From an uncultured Acidobacteriota bacterium (GTDB lineage Bacteria; Actinomycetota; Acidimicrobiia; Spongiisociales; ZC4RG35), in NCBI GenBank assembly GCA_963780755.1, contig CAWACX010000002.1:273426-337425 (forward strand): a DNA stretch of 64,000 bases, in the 5' to 3' direction. A program made the position numbers and the translations under genes. Positions within the stretch are counted from its first letter, which is position 1; every line of letters starts with the position of its first letter. Under the pieces are notes generated by a model that saw only the letters and a program-made list of their open reading frames with translations, was not told the DNA's origin and made no database searches. Below are positions 9,894 through 20,220 of this stretch, one piece after another.

Positions 9894-10370
9894 ATGGCCG
9901 ACGAACCAACCTTCCTCACTCCGGCTGCCCGCCAGAAGATCGTGGACGAGCTCGAGCAGCTCCACACCGACGGGCGGCGGGCGATTGAAGAGCGGATCGC
10001 CGAGGCCCGATCGCACGGAGACCTGAGGGAGAACGCCGACTACGACGCTGCCAAGAACGACCAGGGCTTGATGGAAGCCCGTATTCGCAAGCTGGAGCAC
10101 CTCCTCAACACCGCGGAGGTCCGCGAGGTGGTCGACACCGGCAAAGTCGAGGTCGGGTCGGTCGTCACGGTGGTGGACCATGAAGGCGACGAGTACGACT
10201 GCTTCGTGGCACCCCAGGAGAACAAGGTGGCCGGCATGCTCCTCGCCTCGCCCACCAGCCCGATGGGCCAGGCCCTGCTCGGGGCCTCGGTCGGCGACCG
10301 GGTGTCCTATCAAGCCCCCGCCGGTGAGTTCTCGATTTTGATCAAGGCGGTTCGCCCGTTCGAGGGCTGA
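9894..10370 (+). CDS. greA: transcription elongation factor GreA
   Basis: ORF 9894..10370: ..AEARSHGDLRENADYDAAKNDQGLMEARIRKLE.. Confidence 0.9.
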   Translation: MADEPTFLTPAARQKIVDELEQLHTDGRRAIEERIAEARSHGDLRENADYDAAKNDQGLMEARIRKLEHLLNTAEVREVVDTGKVEVGSVVTVVDHEGDEYDCFVAPQENKVAGMLLASPTSPMGQALLGASVGDRVSYQAPAGEFSILIKAVRPFEG

Positions 10371-10413
10371 TCGGCGTTAGCCTGACCCCGGTTCGCCGTT
10401 CGAGGGGCCGAGG

Positions 10414-11820
10414 GTGAGACTCCGACTCAGAAGTCCCCGCCAACTTGCAAAGACGCTGATTGCCGCCGCGCGCCGCGATCACGACGAGGTCGCCGACTAC
10501 CTCGATTCGAGGCGCGTCGAGTGGGAGGCTCTCGCCGGAGCAGCCCCTGGCGATGCCGCCGACGTTCTCGAGCAACTGGCCGAAGAGGACGCTGCCGAGC
10601 TCCTCAGCGAGCTCAACGCCGCCGACGCGGCCGACGTCCTGGAGCAGATCTCCCCGGAGCTCGCCGCCGAGCTGGTCGAAGACGTCTCCATCGAGGACCT
10701 GACTGCAGCCGTTGGTGAGATGACCGGGGAGGCGGCCGCCGACCTCCTCTTCGAGCTGGACGAGGAGATCACCGAGCGCGTCCTGGCCAGGCTCGACGAC
10801 GAGTCGGAACGAGAGATCCGCAGCCTCCTCGTGTACCCGCCGGACAGTGCCGGGGGCCTGATGACTACCGATATCGCCTCCCTGCACTTCGGCCTGACCG
10901 CTGGCGAGGCGATCGAGAGGATCCGCCAACTCAATGACGAATACGAGGACCTGTCGTACGTGTACGTGGTGGACGACACGAGCAGGCTGAAGGGCGTCAT
11001 ATCCTTCCGCGACCTCGTCTTCAAACGGCCGGGCGCCAACCTCGAGGAGGTGATGGTCCCCGACCCGGTGTCGGTCAACCCCTTCACCGACCGCGAGGAG
11101 GTGGCCGAGCTCGCCCAGCGCTACCACCTGTTCGGGATCCCGGTCACCGATGGCAACGGCCGCCTGCTGGGCATGGTCACCAGCGACGCCGTGATCGAGG
11201 CGGTCCAGGACGAGGCCACCGAGGACTTCGCCGCCGCGGTCGGCGCCGGTGTCGAGGAGACGGTCTACACCGACGTCTCGAAGTCGGTCCGAATGCGGTC
11301 TCCGTGGCTCGTGCTCAACCTGACACTGTCACTGGTGGTGGCCCTGGTCATCGAGCAACAGACCCAGATCATCTCCAAGGAGCCGGTCCTGGCGGCCCTG
11401 ATGCCCGTGGTGGCGTCGTTGGGCGGGAACAGCGGGAACCAGAGCCTGGCGGTCATGATCCGCTCCTTGGCCTCCGACGACGTCCCCCGGGCCCAAGTCC
11501 CGTCGATCTTGGGGAGGCACGCCGGCACCGGCCTCCTCAACGGCCTGATCGTCGCCGTGGTCGCCGCCGGCCTCACCTTTTTCCTGCTCGGGCTGGGGAT
11601 CTTCGGCAGCCAGACCCACACCGGGACTCTGGCGCTGGTGGTCGCGGTGGCGGTGATGGCCAATCTGGTGATTGCAACCCTGGCCGGCACCGGCATCCCC
11701 CTGATCCTGAGGGCCCTGGGCCAGGATCCGGCCATGGCTTCGTCGATATTCCTCACCACGATCACCGACGTGGTCGGGTTTGGCGGCTTTCTGCTGGTGG
11801 CGACCGCCCTGCTCAGTTAG
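10414..11820 (+). CDS. mgtE: magnesium transporter MgtE
   Basis: MgtE-N acidic repeats, CBS pair, and a membrane domain with GGNSGNQSLAVMIRSLA. Confidence 0.9.
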   Translation: MRLRLRSPRQLAKTLIAAARRDHDEVADYLDSRRVEWEALAGAAPGDAADVLEQLAEEDAAELLSELNAADAADVLEQISPELAAELVEDVSIEDLTAAVGEMTGEAAADLLFELDEEITERVLARLDDESEREIRSLLVYPPDSAGGLMTTDIASLHFGLTAGEAIERIRQLNDEYEDLSYVYVVDDTSRLKGVISFRDLVFKRPGANLEEVMVPDPVSVNPFTDREEVAELAQRYHLFGIPVTDGNGRLLGMVTSDAVIEAVQDEATEDFAAAVGAGVEETVYTDVSKSVRMRSPWLVLNLTLSLVVALVIEQQTQIISKEPVLAALMPVVASLGGNSGNQSLAVMIRSLASDDVPRAQVPSILGRHAGTGLLNGLIVAVVAAGLTFFLLGLGIFGSQTHTGTLALVVAVAVMANLVIATLAGTGIPLILRALGQDPAMASSIFLTTITDVVGFGGFLLVATALLS

Positions 11821-11823
11821 TGG

Positions 11824-12336
11824 TCAGCTGCCGAGGGCGTGCTGGCCGGACTCGACGAACGGCCCGCGGAACACGATCGTGGCCCCCCCGACCAGGCTCA
11901 CCAGATGGTGCTCCTCGATCAGTGCGGTCTCCTCCGGAGTGCGCTCTGCCTCGGCCTTCAGATACGCGTCGGCAGCCGCTTGATCGTTGAACACCTCGGC
12001 CCCATGGGTGGCGGTCCCTTCCTCGTAGAGGTCGAGGATGAAGTTCTCGAGGTCGACATCGGTGTACGCCCCGGGGGGAATGACCACATAGATGATCTCC
12101 CCACCCTCGACCGGCTCCCGAGCGACGACCTGGTACTCGGCCACGACCTGACCCACCAGGGTGCTGCTCGTGGTGGCGCCTCCTTCGGCGGTTGCCACGG
12201 TGGTCGTCGTGCCGCCTTCGCCGTTGTCCGGCGAAGTCACGAGTGAGGAAGTCGTAGTGAGCCCGGGGTCGTCGCCATCACAGGCGGCGAGCAGGGCCGA
12301 TAGGGCCAGGAGCACGGCGGCGACGAGGTAGCGCAT
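11824..12336 (-). CDS. lipoprotein of unknown function with Thr/Ser-rich linker
   Basis: MRYLVAAVLLALSALLAACDG lipobox within ORF 11824..12351. Confidence 0.6.
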   Translation of the reverse strand: MRYLVAAVLLALSALLAACDGDDPGLTTTSSLVTSPDNGEGGTTTTVATAEGGATTSSTLVGQVVAEYQVVAREPVEGGEIIYVVIPPGAYTDVDLENFILDLYEEGTATHGAEVFNDQAAADAYLKAEAERTPEETALIEEHHLVSLVGGATIVFRGPFVESGQHALGS

Positions 12337-12399
12337 GGGGGCATTGTGCATGCCCCCTGAACGCTATCGGCATACTTCGGGTTCCCAGCCTCGGCTGTC

Positions 12400-13869
12400 G
12401 TGGTTAGCCTTGGCCTCATGACACCAGGCAGGCTCGGGGCTGCCACCGTGGCCGCCCTGGTTTTGGCCGCGTCCTTGTTCGTGGTCGCCGGCCCTTCCAC
12501 TCCGGCCGAGGCCGCTATGTGCGGGCCGACGACCATCGACGACCTGCCCCCTCTGCCCGGCACCCCCAAGCCGCCCCCGGCCTCACCGACGACGACTACA
12601 CCCGGCACCACCTCGACCACGGTCGACGAAGAGACCAGCACGACGGTCGAGACCACCACCACTTCCACAACGACGACGACCACGGTGCCGGAGACCTCGA
12701 CGACGACTGCGCCCGACTCGTCGAGCACGACGGTTGGTGATGGCAGCAGCACCTCGGTCCCGGGCCCGGGGCCGACAACCCCGAGACCACGTCGGGCCTG
12801 CTCCCCGTTCGTCTACGACCTGAGTTGGCCGATCGCAGGTGACAGCCAGGTGATCTCGAGCTTCGGCGTGGAGCGGGATGGAGGGGCGCGCCGGCATGCC
12901 GGCCTCGACATCCAGGCTCCAAAATTGACTCCGGTGCTCTCGGTGGCGGACGGGACCGTATTGGACATCAAGCAGGTCGTCGGGACCGAGGAATGCTGCT
13001 CGATCAAGATCCGCCACAACGACGGCTGGTATTCGGTCTACATCCACCTCAACAACGACATGTACCTCACTGACGACGGTTTGGGGATCGGGGTCAGGCC
13101 CGACCTCAAGGTCGGCGACGAGGTGCTGGCGGGAGAGGTGATCGGCTGGATCGGCGACTCGGGCAACGCCGAAGACTCAGTCAACCACCTCCACTTCGAG
13201 TTGAGGACCCGACAAGGGTTGGCAGTCGATCCTGCGGCCAGTCTTCGACAAGCGCGCCGCGAGGCGGACCTACCCGATGACCCGGTGGCCGGCCCCTATC
13301 TCGACGACGACGCTCATGGCGTGCAACTTCAGGCGGCCGCGATGCTGACGCAGGGCCTGTTCCTTCCCTGTGACGACATCGGGCTCAGTCTCTGCCCGGA
13401 TGAGCTCGCTGACCCCGAGTTCGTCCGATCGGTCACCAGGCACCTGGTCGGGATCGAGCCGCCGCCGCTGGAGGGCAGGACACAGGAGGTCCCGCAGGTG
13501 TTCGAGGCGGCTGCGGCCGACTCGAGAACGCTGGGCGAGCTCATGGGCTGCGAAGAAGGCGAGCCCTGTCTCGCATTCGGCGTCGACGAGACCGCGGTGG
13601 CGCAACTGGCAGCCTGGGCACTCGGCCAACCGAAGCCCGCCGACCTCTCCAACCCGGAGTTGGTGCTCGAGGTCGGGGCGTTGGGAATCCTCCCTGAAGC
13701 TGGGGAAGCCGAGGTGACGCTGCGAAACGCAGGCGTCGTCGGTGAGTGCCGGCCACCTCTCGACGGGGAGCGGCTCGTCACCAGGCAAGAGGCATTGACC
13801 AGTCTGGTGCGCTGGGTGCTCGGGCCAACGATCGCCGACTGCGCCGACGTCTCTCAGCCGGTGCGCTGA
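12400..13869 (+). CDS. secreted M23-family metallopeptidase with Thr-rich linker and a ~270-aa C-terminal extension
   Basis: HAGLDIQAP..., IHLNND and GDSGNAEDSVNHLHFEL motifs plus a signal peptide. The start could instead be the ATG at 12418. Confidence 0.8.
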   Translation: MVSLGLMTPGRLGAATVAALVLAASLFVVAGPSTPAEAAMCGPTTIDDLPPLPGTPKPPPASPTTTTPGTTSTTVDEETSTTVETTTTSTTTTTTVPETSTTTAPDSSSTTVGDGSSTSVPGPGPTTPRPRRACSPFVYDLSWPIAGDSQVISSFGVERDGGARRHAGLDIQAPKLTPVLSVADGTVLDIKQVVGTEECCSIKIRHNDGWYSVYIHLNNDMYLTDDGLGIGVRPDLKVGDEVLAGEVIGWIGDSGNAEDSVNHLHFELRTRQGLAVDPAASLRQARREADLPDDPVAGPYLDDDAHGVQLQAAAMLTQGLFLPCDDIGLSLCPDELADPEFVRSVTRHLVGIEPPPLEGRTQEVPQVFEAAAADSRTLGELMGCEEGEPCLAFGVDETAVAQLAAWALGQPKPADLSNPELVLEVGALGILPEAGEAEVTLRNAGVVGECRPPLDGERLVTRQEALTSLVRWVLGPTIADCADVSQPVR

Positions 13870-14660
13870 GAGAACGCCCGCCGGAGATCGCTCGTCACCG
13901 GGCCTTCCCCGAAGGCCATCTCCCCGATCTGTGAGATCGGCTGAACCTCGCGAATCGTGGACAGCGCCATCGCCTCCGTGGCGACTCGGAGCCGTTCCAG
14001 TGGCCATACCCCCTCGACGACTTCGATCCCGAGGCCGGCAGCATCATCGAGAAGGAGTCGGCGGGTGATCGAGTCCAGAATGCCGAGGTCCAGAGTCGGG
14101 GTCTCGACCACGCCGTCGACGACCCAAGCAACCGAGAACGTGGGCCCCTCGAGGATCGAGCCGTCCACGGTCAAGAGAAGGGCGTCGTCGAAACCGGCGT
14201 TGCGAGCACTCCGGGTAGTGGAGACGTTCGGGGCGTAGGAGAGGACCTTGGCGCCGGCCAGGTCCCAGACGACCCCGGCGGCATGCCACGGCGCAGTGAC
14301 CGGAAACAACCGAGCCGGCCCGGTCGGAGGCTCCCAGGGGTGGGCAAACACGACGACCAGCGGTGAAGGAGCGTCGGCGGGGAGGGCGGAGCCCCGGGTG
14401 ACCAGGACCCGGACCGCACAGTCGGGGCACTCGGACGCGACGGCCTGGATCCACGATGAGATCAGCTCTCTCCCCGGGAGCTCGATCTCGAGGGCCGCGG
14501 CGCTCCTCTCCAGCCGATCGAGGTGGAGGTCGAGGGCGAGGGCCACTCCGCCGTAGGCCTTGAGCACCTCGAAGCACCCATCTCCACGGAGCACTGCCGA
14601 GTCGGTGACCGGGATCCCTGCATCGGAGGCGGTCCCGTTGATGAGGACAGTCGAGGTCAT
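13854..14660 (-). CDS. class IV aminotransferase (branched-chain aminotransferase / aminodeoxychorismate lyase family)
   Basis: ORF 13854..14660: AVLRGDGCFEVLKAY..LDLHLDRLERSAAAL. Confidence 0.75.
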   Translation of the reverse strand: MTSTVLINGTASDAGIPVTDSAVLRGDGCFEVLKAYGGVALALDLHLDRLERSAAALEIELPGRELISSWIQAVASECPDCAVRVLVTRGSALPADAPSPLVVVFAHPWEPPTGPARLFPVTAPWHAAGVVWDLAGAKVLSYAPNVSTTRSARNAGFDDALLLTVDGSILEGPTFSVAWVVDGVVETPTLDLGILDSITRRLLLDDAAGLGIEVVEGVWPLERLRVATEAMALSTIREVQPISQIGEMAFGEGPVTSDLRRAFSQRTG

Positions 14661-16312
14661 GCCGGAGGCCGATAGCGATTGGTGATCGGGAGCCGGCGAT
14701 CTTTACCGAATGCCTTCGTGGTGATCTTCACCCCGGGCGCGGCCTGCCGTCGCTTGTATTCGTTGCGGTCGACCATCCCCACCACCCTGGTGACCAGGGC
14801 GCTGTCGTGGCCCATGGCGATGATGTCGGTGACACTGCGGTCGTCCTCGATATACGACTCGAGGATCGCATCCAGCACCTCGTAGGGCGGAAGGGAGTCC
14901 GAGTCCTTCTGGTCCGGGCGCAGCTCGGCCGAAGGCGGCTTGTCGATGCTGTTCTGGGGGATCACTTCCCCATCTTTGTTCCTCCACCTCGCCAGCTCGT
15001 AAACGAGGGTCTTGAACACGTCTTTGAGCACCGAGTACCCACCCACCATGTCCCCGTAGAGAGTGGAGTAGCCAGCCGCCATCTCCGACTTGTTACCGGT
15101 GGCGACCACCATCGGGCTGTGCTTGTTCGAGATGGCCATGAGGATCGCCCCCCGGGCCCGCGCCTGGAGGTTCTCCTCGGCGACCCCGAATGGCATGTCG
15201 GCGAACAGCGGGGCCAGCGCATCGAGGTAAGCGGCGTAAACCTCGTCGATCGGCACGATGTCGAAGCGAATCCCGAGGCTCGAAGCCAGCTTGCGGGCGT
15301 CGTCGATCGAGTGCTGGGAGGAGAAGCGTGACGGCATGGCCAACCCCCACACCGATTCCGGGCCCAGGGCATCGACAGCGATCGCCGCAGTCAAAGCAGA
15401 GTCGATGCCACCGGAGAGGCCAAGGACAACGGACTGGAAGCCGTTCTTGCGCACGTAGTCGCCCAGCCCAATGGTGAGGGCCCTGTACACCTCCTCGGTC
15501 GAGTCGAGGAACGGAGGCAGGTCGACGCGGTCCACCGGCTCACCGGCGAGCGGGACGTCGACGACGAAACGGTCCTCCTCGAACTGCGGCGAGCGATGGA
15601 TCACCGAGCCATCGGCGGCCACCACCAACGAGCCCCCATCGAAGACCAGTTCGTCCTGTCCCCCGACCAGGTTCAGATAGACCACCGGGGCGCCGGCGGC
15701 GACAGCTCGCTCGACGATCATCTCCTCCCGCTCGGCGGCCTTGCCCCGATGAAAGGGCGACGCATTGATGTTGAGCAGGATCTGTGCCCCGGCCGCAGCC
15801 TGCGCGGCCGGCGGCCCGTCGGGCAGCCAGATGTCCTCACAGATCGAAACTCCGACCGAGAGGTCTCCGAGGTCCCATGTCGCGCCGGGATCGGTGCCCA
15901 CCGAGAAGTAGCGGTCCTCGTCGAACACCCCATAGTTGGGGAGCAGAACTTTGTGATAGACCCCGACGAGGGCGCCGTTCTGAAGGATCGCGGCTGCGTT
16001 GGCCACGTTGCGGTCGAGGGCATCTGCTGCTCCTCTTGGCACCGGTGCGGCGCGGTCCACAAAACCGACGACGACTGACGTAGCTCCTGACTGAGCGGCG
16101 AGCCGATCCCGAGCTTCGATCCCGGCATCGACGAAATCCCGGCGCAGAACCAGGTCCTCGGGCGGATATCCGTTGAGTGCCAGCTCGGGGAGGAGGAGCA
16201 CATCAGAGCCCACGCTCTCCGCCCATGCCATGGCTTCGGCGGCCCGCTCCTCGTTCCCGGCGACATCGCCGACGACGAAGTTGAGCTGTGCGCCGGCTAC
16301 CCGAACAGGCAT
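14657..16312 (-). CDS. nadE: glutamine-dependent NAD+ synthetase
   Basis: N-terminal CN-hydrolase domain plus a C-terminal synthetase domain with the LGLSGGIDSAL P-loop. Confidence 0.9.
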   Translation of the reverse strand: MPVRVAGAQLNFVVGDVAGNEERAAEAMAWAESVGSDVLLLPELALNGYPPEDLVLRRDFVDAGIEARDRLAAQSGATSVVVGFVDRAAPVPRGAADALDRNVANAAAILQNGALVGVYHKVLLPNYGVFDEDRYFSVGTDPGATWDLGDLSVGVSICEDIWLPDGPPAAQAAAGAQILLNINASPFHRGKAAEREEMIVERAVAAGAPVVYLNLVGGQDELVFDGGSLVVAADGSVIHRSPQFEEDRFVVDVPLAGEPVDRVDLPPFLDSTEEVYRALTIGLGDYVRKNGFQSVVLGLSGGIDSALTAAIAVDALGPESVWGLAMPSRFSSQHSIDDARKLASSLGIRFDIVPIDEVYAAYLDALAPLFADMPFGVAEENLQARARGAILMAISNKHSPMVVATGNKSEMAAGYSTLYGDMVGGYSVLKDVFKTLVYELARWRNKDGEVIPQNSIDKPPSAELRPDQKDSDSLPPYEVLDAILESYIEDDRSVTDIIAMGHDSALVTRVVGMVDRNEYKRRQAAPGVKITTKAFGKDRRLPITNRYRPPA

Positions 16313-19014
16313 ACCGCCACGATACGCCTCCCCTTAGCCTGACAGCTGTGACCGATCAGAGAGGGCCCGACGCCGAGGCCGAGGAGCGCCTGAGCGCGAT
16401 CCTGAGTGCGGGCCCTGCCTTGGGCGATGACCCGGAAGCACTGCGCCGGGCCAAAGCCATCGCAGTCTCCAGTCGGGCCCTGAGCCGATCTGTTGCCCGA
16501 CACCCCGCCCTTCTCACTGGCAAGGCCGCTGGTGACACCGTGACCATCCAGGTCCACAACGCGCTGGCGGTGATCGTGGGCGATGACCTCTCCGGGGCCA
16601 TCGACCTCACCGAAGCGATGGCGGCCTACTCGCGAGCCCTGGATCAGGTCGTCGAAAGCGCTTTGGCCGCAGCCCGGTCCTCCATCGCAGAACGACACCC
16701 GATGGTCGATCGACTCCCCTTTTCGGTGATCGCCATGGGCAAATGGGGCGCCGCCGAGGTGAACTACTCGTCGGACATCGACCTGGTCCTGGTCCACGGC
16801 GACCTCGCTGACGGGTCGGAGGGCCGGACCGCGGCGTTGGCGCTCGCTGGAAGGCTGGTGGCGATCCTCTCCACCACGACACCGGACGGCCCGGCGCTCG
16901 AAGTCGACCTCGACCTCCGGCCGGAAGGGGCGATGGGCCCCCTCACCCGCACCCTCGAGAGCTATGGGCGCTACTACCGGGAATGGGGCGAAGCTTGGGA
17001 GTTGCAGGCCCTGCTCAAGGCAAGGGTGGCCGCAGGGGACCATGACCTGGGACAGGGCTTCATCGACCTCACGAGGAGCTTGATCTGGGAGCGAGGGCTG
17101 GATGTCGAGTCGTTGCGGAGTATCCGACGCATCAAGGAGCAAGTGGAGCAGGGTGCCTCTCCCGCGGACATCAAGAGGTCCCGGGGTGGGATCCGGGACA
17201 TCGAGTTTTCTGTCCAGCTCCTGCAACTGGTGCATGGGCGCCTCGACCCCGATCTCAGGGCCCCGGCCACCTTGGACGCCCTCGACTCCCTGGCGGCAGC
17301 CGGGTTCATCGAGGCCTCCGACCACCAGCACCTGGCCGAGGCCTACCGGTTCCTGCGCAATCTCGAGCATCGGATCCAACTCTGGGACCTTCGGCAAACC
17401 CACGATCTCCCCGCCGATGCCCTCGCCCGGGAGCGGATCGGCCGCTCCATGGGGTTCGAATCGGAACCGGACCGCCGGCTCGTGGAGGCCCTCGACCAGG
17501 TCCGTTCCGTGGTGCGCGACGTGCACGAGCGCCTCTATTTCCGCCCCATCCTCGATGCCCTGGTCGGTTCGCCTAGCGCCCGGCTCGGGGTCGAGGAGGC
17601 GGCCCTTCGGCTCGGCTCGCTCGGGTTCTCCGACATCGCCGCCGCGCAAAGAGCACTCGAGGAGCTGACCTCCGGCCTCAGCCGGCGGTCAAGGGCAATG
17701 CACCAGATGCTCCCTCTCATGCTCGACTGGCTGTCGATCTCTCCGAATCCTGACCTGGGCCTGGCCCAACTCCGGACCATGCTCGCCAACACTTCCGACC
17801 ACTCGGCATTGGTGACTCTGCTCCAAGTGAACCCACTGGCCGGAGAGCGACTCTGCCTGCTGTTGGGCACCAGCCGTCTCGTTGGCCAGCTGATCGACCG
17901 GATCCCCGAGTTCATTCCGAGACTCGCCGACGATGCCATGCTCGGAGACATTCGTCCCCGGGATGCCGAGATTGCGCGTCTCACGGGCCTGCTCGACTCC
18001 CGGCCCGATCCAGACGTCAAGGTGGGAACCGTGCGGCGATCCTCCCGACGCCGGAAGCTCCGAATCGCGGCACGAGACATTCTCGGTGAGGCGGCAGTAG
18101 CGGAGACTCTCCGCTCGTTGTCGGATAGCGCCGACGCCGCGGTGTCCGGCGCCCTCCACATCGCAACCGGTGGCGACCCCAGCGGGTTCTTGGTGGTCGC
18201 CATGGGCCGTTGGGGTGGCCTCGAGCTGTCGTATGGCTCCGATCTCGACGTCATGTACGTCTTCGAGTCGGAAGTAGACCGCGACCGGGCACTCCGTGTC
18301 GCTACCGAATTGGGGAGAGTCCTCACCGAGCCCGGTCGACATGGCGAGGCCTACACCCTGGACGCCGAGATCAGGCCCGAGGGACGCAAGGGGCCACTCG
18401 CCCGGTCGATCGAGAGTTATCGCCGGTATTACGACGACTGGGTCGAGCCGTGGGAGATACTCGCCCTGGTCCGCGCCCGGCCGGTCGCGGGCGACGATGG
18501 ACTTTCGGAGTCCTTCACCGCGCTCGTCGAAGAGGTGGTGTGGGGTGTGCCGGTGACCGAGGAGTCGGTGCGCTCGATCCGCGACATCAAGGCCCGGGTC
18601 GAGAATGAGCGCATCCCCTCCGGGGAGGACCCGGACTTCCACCTCAAATTGGGAAGGGGCAGCCTGAGCGACATCGAGTTCCTCACACAACTCATGCAGT
18701 TGCGTCACGGAAGCGAGCACGAATCGCTCCGGGTCCCGGGAACCCTCGACGCTCTCGCCGCCCTGCGCGCCGAGGACCTGCTGACGAGGGACGAGGCTGA
18801 CACCCTGATCGAGTCCTACCTGTTCTGCACCCGGGTCCGCCTCCGGCTCCATCTTCAGGCGGGAAGCGCCTCAGACTCCCTCCCGACCGATCCGGACGAG
18901 TTGGTGCGCCTGGCGACGTCACTCGGGCTCTCTCGGGCCGCCGAGCTCCGGGATCGCTACCGGAGGGTCACCCGGAGGGCGAGACAGGTGTTCGAGCAGA
19001 GGTTCTACGAGTGA
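16288..19014 (+). CDS. glnE: bifunctional glutamine synthetase adenylyltransferase/adenylyl-removing enzyme
   Basis: Duplicated nucleotidyltransferase modules (GKWGAAEVNYSSDIDLV and GRWGGLELSYGSDLDVMYV). The start may be the in-frame GTG at 16348, since 16288 overlaps nadE. Confidence 0.85.
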   Translation: MRRLPEQAYRHDTPPLSLTAVTDQRGPDAEAEERLSAILSAGPALGDDPEALRRAKAIAVSSRALSRSVARHPALLTGKAAGDTVTIQVHNALAVIVGDDLSGAIDLTEAMAAYSRALDQVVESALAAARSSIAERHPMVDRLPFSVIAMGKWGAAEVNYSSDIDLVLVHGDLADGSEGRTAALALAGRLVAILSTTTPDGPALEVDLDLRPEGAMGPLTRTLESYGRYYREWGEAWELQALLKARVAAGDHDLGQGFIDLTRSLIWERGLDVESLRSIRRIKEQVEQGASPADIKRSRGGIRDIEFSVQLLQLVHGRLDPDLRAPATLDALDSLAAAGFIEASDHQHLAEAYRFLRNLEHRIQLWDLRQTHDLPADALARERIGRSMGFESEPDRRLVEALDQVRSVVRDVHERLYFRPILDALVGSPSARLGVEEAALRLGSLGFSDIAAAQRALEELTSGLSRRSRAMHQMLPLMLDWLSISPNPDLGLAQLRTMLANTSDHSALVTLLQVNPLAGERLCLLLGTSRLVGQLIDRIPEFIPRLADDAMLGDIRPRDAEIARLTGLLDSRPDPDVKVGTVRRSSRRRKLRIAARDILGEAAVAETLRSLSDSADAAVSGALHIATGGDPSGFLVVAMGRWGGLELSYGSDLDVMYVFESEVDRDRALRVATELGRVLTEPGRHGEAYTLDAEIRPEGRKGPLARSIESYRRYYDDWVEPWEILALVRARPVAGDDGLSESFTALVEEVVWGVPVTEESVRSIRDIKARVENERIPSGEDPDFHLKLGRGSLSDIEFLTQLMQLRHGSEHESLRVPGTLDALAALRAEDLLTRDEADTLIESYLFCTRVRLRLHLQAGSASDSLPTDPDELVRLATSLGLSRAAELRDRYRRVTRRARQVFEQRFYE

Positions 19015-19030
19015 CCGGTAGCCTGCTGTC

Positions 19031-20185
19031 ATGAGCCTGCCCGGTGAGATAGGCGGGCTGGTGAGAGAAGTGACCCCACAGGCGGTGGAACTGCGTCGCC
19101 TTCTTCACCGGCACCCCGAGCCCTCACATCAGGAACACCAGACCACGGCGCTCATCGCCGCCTCTCTCGCCGAGAACGGGGTGGTCTTCCACGAGCGAAA
19201 GCCGGCAACCGGGCTCTGGCTCGACATCGGGAGCGAGCCCGCCATCGCCTATCGAGCAGACCTCGACGCCCTGCCGATCATCGAGCCGGAAGACAACGTC
19301 CCGGTGTCGCTCAACCCGGGCTGGATGCATGCGTGCGGCCACGACGCCCACGCCGCGATCGCATTCGGGGTCGCAGTCGTGCTCACCCGACTCGAGGCCG
19401 ACGGGTTCCGGGTCCTGTTCCAACCTGCCGAGGAATCATTCCCCGGAGGGGCCACCGACCTGGTCGCTGAGGGCCTGGTCGACGGGTTGAAGGGGATCAT
19501 CGCTTTTCACGTCGACCCCTCGCTCGCGGTGGGCCGGGTCGGGGCCCGGGTGGGGCCGATCACGGCAAGCGCAGACAAGCTGAGCATCGTGCTCGAAGGC
19601 CCCGGAGGCCACACCGCACGCCCCCACCAAACGGTCGACCTCATCGCCGATGCCGCCCGTGTCATTCACGAGTTGCCGACGGCCATGCGCCGCACCGTGG
19701 ACCCCCGTAGCCCGTTCATCATCGCCTTCGGCTCGATCCATGGGGGTGAGGCGGGCAACGTGATCCCGACCCGGATCACCCTCGAGGGCACCGTTCGGAC
19801 ATTGGACAGCTCGCTTTGGGGTGCCCTTCCCGGGCTGATCGACGAGGCGCTGGGATCGCTGCTCGCGGTGTCGGGTGCCGGCTACACCCTGCGCTACTCG
19901 CAGGCGATCCCTCCCGTGATCAACGACGGCGCCGTGGTCGAGGCCGCGACCGGGGCCCTGGTCGAGGGCCTGGGGGCGGACGTCGTCGTTCCCGTGGAGG
20001 CGAGCATGGGCGGAGAGGACTTCTCCAACTACCTGGAGCGCGTACCGGGCGCCTTGTTCCGGCTGGGCTCCGGAGGTTTTGTCGGAGACCTGCACTCACC
20101 CGCGTTTCGCCTCGACGAGGCTGCGATCGGTTTCGGGATCGAGGCCGCGGTCACCGCCCTGCTCGCGCTCCAGTCCACTCTCTGA
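19031..20185 (+). CDS. M20-family amidohydrolase (N-acyl-amino-acid amidohydrolase / hippuricase type)
   Basis: LHRHPEPSHQEHQT, MHACGHDAH, FQPAEE. Confidence 0.8.
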   Translation: MSLPGEIGGLVREVTPQAVELRRLLHRHPEPSHQEHQTTALIAASLAENGVVFHERKPATGLWLDIGSEPAIAYRADLDALPIIEPEDNVPVSLNPGWMHACGHDAHAAIAFGVAVVLTRLEADGFRVLFQPAEESFPGGATDLVAEGLVDGLKGIIAFHVDPSLAVGRVGARVGPITASADKLSIVLEGPGGHTARPHQTVDLIADAARVIHELPTAMRRTVDPRSPFIIAFGSIHGGEAGNVIPTRITLEGTVRTLDSSLWGALPGLIDEALGSLLAVSGAGYTLRYSQAIPPVINDGAVVEAATGALVEGLGADVVVPVEASMGGEDFSNYLERVPGALFRLGSGGFVGDLHSPAFRLDEAAIGFGIEAAVTALLALQSTL

Positions 20186-20220
20186 GGATCAGGGCGCGGA
20201 AGTACCATCCTGGCGCGGCG

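Noticed and set aside
10371-10413. Possible M-box (Mg2+) riboswitch upstream of mgtE
   Set aside because: Only 43 nt separate the greA stop from the mgtE start, far too short for the ~160-nt M-box. I saw no M-box-like conserved segments.
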